Shown here: piece after piece, positions 20,534 through 28,916 of the stretch
Position numbering within the stretch: the stretch's first letter is position 1
Layout of the letters: every line of letters begins with the position of its first letter
Source of the DNA: Sedimentisphaerales bacterium
Lineage (GTDB): Bacteria > Planctomycetota > Phycisphaerae > Sedimentisphaerales > SM23-30
Assembly: GCA_963663965.2 (NCBI GenBank)
Contig: CAXXFK010000041.1
Span: forward strand, 43,723-107,722
Reading direction: 5' to 3'
Length of the DNA stretch: 64,000 nt
Notes under the pieces: model-generated
What the model saw: only the letters and a program-made list of their open reading frames with translations
What the model was told of the DNA's origin: nothing
The model's database searches: none
Program-made: the position numbers and the translations under genes

Positions 20534-21495
20534 GTCAAAGAAAAAAACAATATAACCCTGTTGATGCCAAGCTGTTAAAGACATTTCCGATGGAATGTCG
20601 CCAGCATAAGGTGGATGTTTCGGCGATGGCGGGCCTGCCGGGTCCTGATGCAAGTATAGGTGATTTTCTAGCCAGTTTTCCGAACTTTCTGGGAGTTAAG
20701 GAGTTACAGGGGTTGGCGGACGCGATAGTGCGTGCGTATGAGAAGGAGCGGCCAGTATTTTTCGCGATGGGTGCGCATGTGATCAAGGTGGGGTGTTCGC
20801 CGATAGTGATCGATCTAATGGAACGGGGCATTCTGAGCGGATTCGCGATGAATGGCGCGGGTGGCATCCATGATTTCGAGGTGGCGCTCTATGGCCAAAC
20901 CAGCGAAGATGTGGGGGCCAATCTGCACGATGGCCGGTTTGGGATGACCGTTGAGGCGCCGGCATTTATGGCGGAAGCGGCCCGGCGGGGTAGTGATGAG
21001 AGTCTGGGGCTGGGCGCCGCGCTGGGACAGATTATCGAGGAGAAGGAGATGCCTAACCGGAAATTGAGTTTGATGGGATCGGCGTATCGACTGGGGAAAC
21101 TGGCGGCGGTCCATGTGGCGGTGGGAACCGATACGGTGCATATGCATCCGCAGGCGAACGGTTGTGAGATTGGCGAGGCATCGATGATCGATTTTCGCAA
21201 GGTATGCAGCGCGGTAATGGATCTGGCCGGGGGCGGGGTCTGGGTGAATGTTGGATCGGCGGTGATTTTGCCGGAAGTGTTTTTGAAGGCGGTTTCGGTG
21301 GCTCGTAACCTGGGCGCGGATCTGGATGAGATGGTGACGGCAAATCTGGATATGCTGCGTCATTACCGGGTGCAGCAGAATGTATTATCGCGTCCGGTCC
21401 GGCCGGGAAAGAGTTATCAAGTGACCGGTCATCATGAGATCCTGCTGCCGATGTTGCGGATGATGATCTTGCAACGACTGGAGAACGGTCAGTAA
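20530..21495 (+). CDS. Conserved hypothetical protein, deoxyhypusine-synthase-like fold (GSU2086-like)
   Basis: MGAHVIKVG, AMNGAGGIHDFE, TSEDV, GRFGM, HVAVGTD, NVGSAVILPEVFLKA and GHHEILLP motifs. Coupled to lpxK by an ATGA overlap. Confidence 0.7.
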   Translation: MSQRKKQYNPVDAKLLKTFPMECRQHKVDVSAMAGLPGPDASIGDFLASFPNFLGVKELQGLADAIVRAYEKERPVFFAMGAHVIKVGCSPIVIDLMERGILSGFAMNGAGGIHDFEVALYGQTSEDVGANLHDGRFGMTVEAPAFMAEAARRGSDESLGLGAALGQIIEEKEMPNRKLSLMGSAYRLGKLAAVHVAVGTDTVHMHPQANGCEIGEASMIDFRKVCSAVMDLAGGGVWVNVGSAVILPEVFLKAVSVARNLGADLDEMVTANLDMLRHYRVQQNVLSRPVRPGKSYQVTGHHEILLPMLRMMILQRLENGQ

Positions 21496-21543
21496 ACGTT
21501 TCTGTCGATGATAGTTGTTGTGTTTAACCCATTGAGATAAACG

Positions 21544-23049
21544 ATGTATAAACGATTATTGGATATCATGGAAAACCTGGGCTCACCGCGCGTGTTGCTG
21601 GTGGGCGATTTTATGCTGGATAATTACCTGATCGGTAATGTCGACCGGATTTCACCGGAAGCGCCGGTCGTGGTTATGAATGTGAACGACCGCCAGGAAC
21701 AGCCGGGCGGGGCCGGTTCGGTGGCGGTAGATCTGGCGATGCTGGACTCGAAGGTGGATTGTTTCGGCGTGGTGGGAGAAGATGTGGCGGGCGCCCGGTT
21801 GCGGACCATGCTGGCGGAAGATGCGGGTGTGAATGTGGAGGGCCTGATCGAAGTACTGGACCGGCCGACGACCAGTAAACAACGAATCGTGGGTCTGGCG
21901 CAGCATCGTCACCGTCAGCAATTGATGCGCATCGATCAGGAAAGCGCGGCGGTGATCGATTCGGATACGCAGCAGAAACTGCTGGATTTGATCGGCAAGC
22001 GGATTGCGGATTGTGATGTCGTGTGTCTGGAGGATTATAATAAGGGGGTATTGAAATCGGATGCGTTTGTGCAGTCGATTATACGACTGGCGCGTGAACA
22101 TGGCCGCAAGGTGATCGTCGATCCGGCGAATACCGGGCAGTATGAACGGTACCGGGGCGCCTGGCTGGTGAAGCCCAACCGGCGTGAATTGGAGATGGCC
22201 AGCGGGCTGAACCTGGAAAACGAGAGCGGGATTAAAGAAGCGGCCGGCAAGCTGGCCGAAGCCTATGATATCGAGAATTTTGTGGTTACGCTGGACAAGC
22301 GGGGCGCTTATCTGTATCAACGTCAGCTGGCTGACGGTCAACTGGTGCCAACCCGGCCGCGCAATGTGTATGATGTGACAGGCGCGGGCGATATGGTGCT
22401 GGCGATGCTGGGATTTGTGGTGGGAGGTCAGGCAAGTTGCGCGGTTAAACCAACGCTGGCAGAATGTGTGGCGCTGGCTAATGTCGCCGGCGGTTTAGAG
22501 GTTGAGCGGTTTGGGTGTGTGGGTATCAGCCGGAGCGAGATTATCTCGGAACTGGGTCATGTGCGTTCGAGCAAATTGCGTTCGGTGGACGCGCTTCTCC
22601 AGGAATTGAAATGGCAGCGGATGCAGAACCGTAAAGTGGTCTTTACCAATGGCTGTTACGATCTGCTGCATCCGGGGCATGTCAGCCTGTTGAATTTTGC
22701 CAAAGATCAGGGCGATCTGCTGGTGGTGGCCATCAACAGCGATCAATCGGTGCGTCAACTGAAGGGGGAGAGCCGTCCGATCTTGAATCAGCAGGACCGG
22801 GCCATCATGCTTTCGGCGCTGGAAATGGTCGATTATGTGATCATTTTCGACGAGCCGGATCCAGGCAATATGGTGCGTCTGATTACCCCGGATGTGCTGG
22901 TGAAGGGTATGGACTGGCATGGCAATGTGGTCGGTCAGGACTGGGTGGAACAGCATGGCGGCCGGGTAGCCTTAATGGGCCTGGTCGAAGGGCGCAGTAC
23001 GACCGGTATCATTGAACGGATATTGAATGGGACTAACAGCGCCAATTAA
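21544..23049 (+). CDS. hldE: Bifunctional heptose-7-phosphate kinase / heptose-1-phosphate adenylyltransferase
   Basis: VGDFMLD..RISPEAPV, DYNKGV, KPNRRE and DVTGAGD (PfkB domain), followed by FTNGCYDLLHPGH and LVKGMDW (adenylyltransferase domain). Confidence 0.95.
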   Translation: MYKRLLDIMENLGSPRVLLVGDFMLDNYLIGNVDRISPEAPVVVMNVNDRQEQPGGAGSVAVDLAMLDSKVDCFGVVGEDVAGARLRTMLAEDAGVNVEGLIEVLDRPTTSKQRIVGLAQHRHRQQLMRIDQESAAVIDSDTQQKLLDLIGKRIADCDVVCLEDYNKGVLKSDAFVQSIIRLAREHGRKVIVDPANTGQYERYRGAWLVKPNRRELEMASGLNLENESGIKEAAGKLAEAYDIENFVVTLDKRGAYLYQRQLADGQLVPTRPRNVYDVTGAGDMVLAMLGFVVGGQASCAVKPTLAECVALANVAGGLEVERFGCVGISRSEIISELGHVRSSKLRSVDALLQELKWQRMQNRKVVFTNGCYDLLHPGHVSLLNFAKDQGDLLVVAINSDQSVRQLKGESRPILNQQDRAIMLSALEMVDYVIIFDEPDPGNMVRLITPDVLVKGMDWHGNVVGQDWVEQHGGRVALMGLVEGRSTTGIIERILNGTNSAN

Positions 23050-23064
23050 CAGGGAGTGAGAGCT

Positions 23065-24258
23065 ATGACCCAGAAAGCAGTATTTCTCGATCGCGACGGC
23101 ACCGTGATCAAACATTATGACTACCTGACGGAGGTCTGTCAGGTGGAGCTGGTGGAGACGGCGGTAACGGCGCTGAAGTATCTGAAGGAGCGCGGTTATC
23201 TGCTGATACTGGTCACGAATCAATCAGGAGTGGCCCGTGGTTATATTACGGAAGATCGACTCTCCCAGATACACGGACAATTGAAGTCATTACTGGCCAA
23301 AAAAGGAGCCTATCTGGACGCGATCTATTATTGTCCGTATCATCCGGAGGCGCCGGTGGAGGCCTACCGTCAGAAAAGTGACTTGCGCAAGCCCTTGCCG
23401 GGTATGTTATTACAGGCGGCGGCGGAGCATGATATCGATCTGGCGCAGAGCTGGATCATCGGCGATGATGACCGGGATATCCTGGCCGGTAAGGCGGCGG
23501 GGTGCCGGACGATTTTGATCTTGGAGCGCGGGTCCAAACTGGTTAAACGGGGTGAGGCTGAACCGGATTATAAGGCGGGTAACTTGCAGGAGGCGGCCAA
23601 TATTGTGGCGCATTACAGTGACAAACCGGTTAAAGCCAGAAAAAGTCCGGAAACGGATAAGCGGGAAATTTCAACGCCAGTTGAGCCGGAGAACCCCGTA
23701 GAGTCTGGAGTTGAAGAAGAGAGCGTGGATTATGAACCTGCTGTAGATGATGGTGTCGAGAGCCCGTTGTCAGATGAAGTTGGATTGACTACCGTGATGG
23801 AAGAGGCGTCTGAAGACATTGAAATCGAGGAGGCAGAAGAGCGCGAACCGGCGATAGAAGTCAAGGATGATTTGATGACATTCAGGGCAACGGAACCTCA
23901 GGTTGAACAACACCAGCTTAAGGCGAATCCTATCAAACCGGGACCGGTTGAACCAGTCAAGCCTGTCTTACCAGAAACGGAGGAATCCGTTGTTGATCGC
24001 TCCCCAACCACCGACGATCTGCTGCACCGGATCCTCCAGGAGTTGCGCGAATCCCGGCACGACCGGCGCGGTGGGGAAGATTTTTCGGCGTTTCGGCTGA
24101 TCGGCATGATCATCCAGATGGTGGTGGTACTTTGTCTGGTAATGGCGTTTCGCGCCGGATCGGGCAGTGACCCGGATATGACATCGGCCTATGTTTATCT
24201 AATGGCGGCCCTGGTGTTTCAAACCATGTCATTGACATTCCTGACGGGATTTAAATAA
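23065..24258 (+). CDS. gmhB: D-glycero-D-manno-heptose 1,7-bisphosphate phosphatase with acidic linker and two C-terminal TM helices
   Basis: HAD motif FLDRDGT, plus VTNQSG, YCPYHP, RKPLPGM and IIGDDDRD. It carries an extension of about 210 aa. Confidence 0.9.
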   Translation: MTQKAVFLDRDGTVIKHYDYLTEVCQVELVETAVTALKYLKERGYLLILVTNQSGVARGYITEDRLSQIHGQLKSLLAKKGAYLDAIYYCPYHPEAPVEAYRQKSDLRKPLPGMLLQAAAEHDIDLAQSWIIGDDDRDILAGKAAGCRTILILERGSKLVKRGEAEPDYKAGNLQEAANIVAHYSDKPVKARKSPETDKREISTPVEPENPVESGVEEESVDYEPAVDDGVESPLSDEVGLTTVMEEASEDIEIEEAEEREPAIEVKDDLMTFRATEPQVEQHQLKANPIKPGPVEPVKPVLPETEESVVDRSPTTDDLLHRILQELRESRHDRRGGEDFSAFRLIGMIIQMVVVLCLVMAFRAGSGSDPDMTSAYVYLMAALVFQTMSLTFLTGFK

Positions 24259-24277
24259 GAGGCTGACGGCAATCCCG

Positions 24278-26248
24278 ATGACAGACAGGACACACGATAA
24301 GACGTTGCTGGCGATTCTGCCCAAACCGATGGGTGATGTTGTGTTATGTACGCCGGCATTGCGCTATCTGAAACAGGCTTTGCCCGGTTATCGTGTCGCC
24401 TGGATGGGCGGCCGGGTGGCAGGCGATTTACTGAGGGGATTGGAATGGGCAGAGGTGTTTTATGACCGGCAGGGTAACGTTTATTGGAAGCGTGATGATT
24501 GGGAAGACAGGGCTTGCCGGGGCTTTGATGGGATTGTGATGTTTTCAAATTCGTTCCGGACGGCCTGGCAGGCCTGGCGAGTGGGGGGCAAAAAGCGAAT
24601 CGGTTATCAACGGGATGGGCGAAGCTGCCTATTGACCGATGGGGTGGCCGTCCCCCGGATGGTGGGTGGGAATCTACCAGTCTCGATGATCGATTATTAC
24701 GGGCATCTGGCAGAACGTACGGCGGGTGTGCTGGGGGGGGATGTTGATATCCCGCTGGATTCAAAGCTGGAACTGGCCGTGGGCCGGGAGGGTCAGGCTG
24801 AAATCGAGGCTCTAGAGCAGGGGTGGCAGCTTCAACCGGATGACAAACTGGCGGGACTGGTCGTGGGGGGCGCGTTTGGTCCGAGTAAGCTGTGGCCGGC
24901 TGAACGGTATGGTGAACTGGCCGACTGGCTGACGGAGGAGGGTTTTAAGCCAATTCTCATCGTAGCGCCGGATGAAGTGGGTATTGCACAAGAGGTCGTC
25001 AGGCAGGCCAAGAGTCGTCTTTACACCTTATCCGAATCTCCCGTGTCACTGCATGGCTTGAAGGCGTTGATCCAGCGCTGTCGATTGATGGCAGGAAACG
25101 ATACCGGACCGGCTCATATCGCGGCGGCCTTTGGTGTGCCGATGGTTACTTTATTCGGCCCCACCGATCCACGCTGGACCGCGACGGATTATACCGGTGA
25201 GGCGCGATTACGGGTGAATGTAGATTGCGGGCCGTGTCAGCAGAAACAATGCGTGACGGACCATCGCTGTTTATTGCAGCTCAGGGTGGCGGATGTGCAA
25301 CAGGCGGTGCGAAAGGTTCTAACTGACAGTCACAAAATGCAATGGAATAGCGATCAGCCTGTTGACGAACGATTTTCAGTGTACCAGGAAAGGTATCGTT
25401 CATTGGCTGATGACCAGGGTGTGATTCATAAACAATTTTATCCCCGTCTGAAGCGAGAGGGCCTGGATCATCTTGAGGGTGTTTTTCGCTACCAGCAGGG
25501 TGAGGCGCTGACCAAGCCCGGGTTGGGTTATCGTGAGCGAATTCGCATTGAATTGAATACAGATAAGGCTGATCCGGTAGTCATCTATCTGAAACGGTTT
25601 GGTCGTCCGCCCTTAAAAGAACGGATTGGACGATATCTGACTCATAGAACCCCCCTGGCGATCGGGGCGTATGATTTTTCCATGGCCCAGCGTCTGGCCC
25701 GGATCGGTGTGGCCGTTCCCCGACCGATCGCATGGGGAGGGGACTATGATGGATGGGGTGAACGGCGCAGTTTTGCCATGATAGAAGAACTGCCCCGGGG
25801 ACAGGCATTGAGCCGATTATTGTCGGGAGAAGAACCTGACCGTCATGGATACCGGTTATTGGAAGATAAGCGGGAGTTGACGCGACAATTGGCAAGACTG
25901 GCTGCAGAGATGCATGGGGGTGGGTATTGCCATCGTGATTTGTATTTATGTCATGTTTTTCTTTGTAAAGACCGGCAGGATGAAGAGTTTCTGGCGTTGA
26001 TCGATTTACAGCGGGTCTTTCAACCGCGGTATAATTTCTGGCGCTGGCGGGTGAAGGATCTATCGCAGTTGTGTTATTCAGCGCGTCAGTTCGCCAGCCG
26101 GACGGAGATGATGCGGTTCATGCACGATTACCTGGAGCGAAACCGCCTTGATCAGGAGGATAAAAAACTGGTGAGGGCGGTCTATGCCAAGGCGCGGCGA
26201 ATCGAGAAGCGACAGTTACGTAAACAGAGGGAGCAGCAATCAAGATGA
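24278..26248 (+). CDS. waaF: GT9 heptosyltransferase (WaaF-like) fused to a WaaP/Kdo-family LPS kinase
   Basis: MGDVVL, GGAFGPSKLWP, GNDTGPAHIAAAFGVP and LFGPTDP (GT9), then HRDLYLCH, LIDLQR and RVKDLSQL (WaaP-type kinase). Confidence 0.85.
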   Translation: MTDRTHDKTLLAILPKPMGDVVLCTPALRYLKQALPGYRVAWMGGRVAGDLLRGLEWAEVFYDRQGNVYWKRDDWEDRACRGFDGIVMFSNSFRTAWQAWRVGGKKRIGYQRDGRSCLLTDGVAVPRMVGGNLPVSMIDYYGHLAERTAGVLGGDVDIPLDSKLELAVGREGQAEIEALEQGWQLQPDDKLAGLVVGGAFGPSKLWPAERYGELADWLTEEGFKPILIVAPDEVGIAQEVVRQAKSRLYTLSESPVSLHGLKALIQRCRLMAGNDTGPAHIAAAFGVPMVTLFGPTDPRWTATDYTGEARLRVNVDCGPCQQKQCVTDHRCLLQLRVADVQQAVRKVLTDSHKMQWNSDQPVDERFSVYQERYRSLADDQGVIHKQFYPRLKREGLDHLEGVFRYQQGEALTKPGLGYRERIRIELNTDKADPVVIYLKRFGRPPLKERIGRYLTHRTPLAIGAYDFSMAQRLARIGVAVPRPIAWGGDYDGWGERRSFAMIEELPRGQALSRLLSGEEPDRHGYRLLEDKRELTRQLARLAAEMHGGGYCHRDLYLCHVFLCKDRQDEEFLALIDLQRVFQPRYNFWRWRVKDLSQLCYSARQFASRTEMMRFMHDYLERNRLDQEDKKLVRAVYAKARRIEKRQLRKQREQQSR

Positions 26249-27450
26249 AGGTAGCCATTGTACTGGAACGACTGGATTTGACACGGGGCGGCGCGGAGAA
26301 GTCGACCTGGGAGATGGCCGGCGCTTTGTGTGACGCCGGGATGCAGGTCACGGTAGTGGCCGGGAAGGTTGTGGACGAGGGTTTGAATCGAAAGGATATT
26401 CCAGTACGGTCATTGGAGGTGAAGGCGTTGACCCGGGCCGGCTGGTGGCGAAAATTTGTTGCGGCTGTTCGAAGCCATGTTGGCGCAGAACGTTATGATA
26501 TCGTGCATTCGATTGTGCCGCTGGATTGCGCGGAGGTGTATCAGCCGCGGGGTGGGAGTATGACCCACATTGCCAGGCGGCATGCCGAAGCGGCCGTTAA
26601 TTCGGGGCGCGTCGCATTCAAACGCGCGACAGGATGGCTGAATTCTGGACGGCAGGCCCGCATCGAGGCTGAAAGGGCTTTGTGTCAAGAGTCTGACGGG
26701 CCGGTCGTGACGGCATTAAGCCGGTATGTCGCCGATCAGTTTCGGCGGGATTATGGCTTGAAGGATGAACGGATTGAGTTGGTTCGTAACGGGGTACGAG
26801 TGGAAGCCTTCATCGACAATCAAGTCCATCAAGAGGCGGTCAAAATGCGGCAATTGTGCGATCCGGAAGGGAAACTGGCCATTCTGCTTTATGTGGGCGC
26901 CAATTTTCAGAGAAAAGGGCTGGACTGGCTGATTCGCTCGGCGGCGCAGGCGATGCGGCGCAATCCTGCGGGGCGTGATTTTCGGGTGATGGTGGTGAGT
27001 CCGGATGATTTTACCCCATACTGGCAACAGGCCCGAAGCCTGGGTTTGGATGGCCGCATCCTGTTTATGGGGCGCAGCGCCCGGGTGGCAGTGCTTTACG
27101 CGATGGCAGACGCGGTAATACTGCCCACTCGTGATGACGCCTGCTCGCGGGTGGTGATGGAAGGGTTGGCCGCGGGGACGCCGTCAATTACAACACGGTA
27201 TAATGGCGCGGCCGATTTTCTGGATGAAGGGAAGTATGGTATTATCGTAGAGCGTTGTGATGATGATGAGGAACTGGCGGATGCCATCTTGGCGATATGT
27301 GACCGTGAGCGTTGTCAGAATTATAAAAAGCGGATTCGCGAGGATGAACTTTTTAAAACCGTATCCATGGCCCGGCATGCCCGTGAGTTGATTGCTTTAT
27401 ACCAGAAAATTAAAGGGAAGTCACAAAAAAAGAAAGTCCACGCCAGATGA
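26245..27450 (+). CDS. GT4 glycosyltransferase (WaaG-like LPS core)
   Basis: RGGAEK, RNGV, NFQRKGL and DDACSRVVMEGLAAGTP motifs. ATGA overlap with the preceding gene. Confidence 0.88.
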   Translation: MKVAIVLERLDLTRGGAEKSTWEMAGALCDAGMQVTVVAGKVVDEGLNRKDIPVRSLEVKALTRAGWWRKFVAAVRSHVGAERYDIVHSIVPLDCAEVYQPRGGSMTHIARRHAEAAVNSGRVAFKRATGWLNSGRQARIEAERALCQESDGPVVTALSRYVADQFRRDYGLKDERIELVRNGVRVEAFIDNQVHQEAVKMRQLCDPEGKLAILLYVGANFQRKGLDWLIRSAAQAMRRNPAGRDFRVMVVSPDDFTPYWQQARSLGLDGRILFMGRSARVAVLYAMADAVILPTRDDACSRVVMEGLAAGTPSITTRYNGAADFLDEGKYGIIVERCDDDEELADAILAICDRERCQNYKKRIREDELFKTVSMARHARELIALYQKIKGKSQKKKVHAR

Positions 27451-27479
27451 AAGAGTGCATGGACTTCTTTACTTCAGGA

Positions 27480-27863
27480 TCATGGTATCGGCCAGTTGCC
27501 GGGGCAGGGATATAGCCAGAGGGTTGACATCAGGTCAAAATCGATGATATCGACTGGTTCGCTGCCGTTGAAATCAATGCTGCCGTTTTCCAGCCAGTTG
27601 GCGGTCAGGGAAATCAGGTCGTTCATATCGACCCGGCAGTAATTCATGCCGGGCAGGAAACCACCGGAAAGAATATAAGGACCGCCAGCCTGCACAAAGG
27701 CATCCGGCTGGCCGATCACACCCTGCAAGGAGTAATTGGCATTGCTGCTGGTTGACCCGGGTTCGAGTGTGTGCCAGGTAATGGTATATTCGGACCAAAC
27801 TGGCAAAGTAACGGACAGGAGCATGATGGACATTAAAGCGATTCTAATTATCAGTTTATTCAT
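27480..27863 (-). CDS. Small secreted protein (YxIxWxT...YSLxGxIGQPDA...LSGGF type) with dockerin-like tail
   Basis: Signal peptide, GGAGA RBS, the short beta-rich motif and a C-terminal CRVDMNDL..WL / DFNGSEPVDIIDF..WL pair. Confidence 0.75.
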   Translation of the reverse strand: MNKLIIRIALMSIMLLSVTLPVWSEYTITWHTLEPGSTSSNANYSLQGVIGQPDAFVQAGGPYILSGGFLPGMNYCRVDMNDLISLTANWLENGSIDFNGSEPVDIIDFDLMSTLWLYPCPGNWPIP

Positions 27864-27878
27864 GATTATCTCCCGGCG

Positions 27879-28898
27879 TTAATCGCCGATAGTAACCCCG
27901 CCCTGGGGTGCGTGTAAGGTCATGGCTTTGGTGTAGGTACCGCCTTCGCTGTATAGTCCGGGTTCGATAAAAACCTCCGCTCCGGATGGAACCAGAGAGG
28001 AACTCACAGCGCCATTAAATGTTTTAAAGGGGAAAAAGAATGATCCAAACTGAAAGATGCTGGTGGAGCTTTTATTGATAAAACGCCAATGGTCTTCGGG
28101 GTAGACAAAGGACATGGCTAAAATGTCATAATCGCTTAAATGGTTACGCTGGCCGATGACATTCTGCCATTGGGTGGCCCAGGGTGATTTGACCGTGATG
28201 GTGCGACAGTTGCTTAGATCGCTTTCGCAACTTCCGCAGGTGGAGAAGGAACACTGGCCGTAATGCATGACGGAATCGAAATCGTAGGGGCCATAATGGC
28301 TGGCGGCGTTGTGTTTGTCAAAGTTGCCTGATTTTCCATCTTCGATGCGATCCCATTCAATGGTGACATAGGTATCCCGGTCGCTACGGGATTGTTCGTG
28401 CCAGAAACCCAGGGTATGAGCCAGTTCATGGGCCATAATGAATCGCCACCCCCAGTTATAGATATTGACGTATTGTTTACCGGTGACCATGCCGACGGAC
28501 GAACTATTCTGGGTTGAGTTTTGAATATGGATGTAGTTGGAATCGCCATCGCGTACTACAAAGTGGATGTCGGCGACGGCCTCCCATTCATCCATGGCGG
28601 CGCGCATGGCGGTTTGATTGGCGGCAGTGACATTGCTGTCGAATTGGTAGGGCACAATCCCGCCGGGCCAGTATGAGACATCGCCATAGGTGCTCAGGGC
28701 GCCTACCCGGCCGGCGGGCATAACGACATCGCCTTCAATGAGTTCGTATCCTTCCGGGAGGGAAAAGATATAGGGAGAAAAAGGATCGGTCGGATCCACC
28801 TGAGTTTGTTCCTGGGCCAGAAGCATGCTATCAGATATAAAGAAGCAAATACTCAATAAAAAGAGTCGGATTATTTTAAGTTTTACTGATGGTAACAT
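27879..28898 (-). CDS. Secreted astacin-family (M12A) zinc metalloprotease
   Basis: Prodomain IEGDV, WPGGIVPY, HELAHTLGFWHEQSRSDRD, Met-turn YDFDSVMHY and IGQRNHLS. Confidence 0.92.
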   Translation of the reverse strand: MLPSVKLKIIRLFLLSICFFISDSMLLAQEQTQVDPTDPFSPYIFSLPEGYELIEGDVVMPAGRVGALSTYGDVSYWPGGIVPYQFDSNVTAANQTAMRAAMDEWEAVADIHFVVRDGDSNYIHIQNSTQNSSSVGMVTGKQYVNIYNWGWRFIMAHELAHTLGFWHEQSRSDRDTYVTIEWDRIEDGKSGNFDKHNAASHYGPYDFDSVMHYGQCSFSTCGSCESDLSNCRTITVKSPWATQWQNVIGQRNHLSDYDILAMSFVYPEDHWRFINKSSTSIFQFGSFFFPFKTFNGAVSSSLVPSGAEVFIEPGLYSEGGTYTKAMTLHAPQGGVTIGD

Positions 28899-28916
28899 GA
28901 TAAGCTCTCCTTTTGT

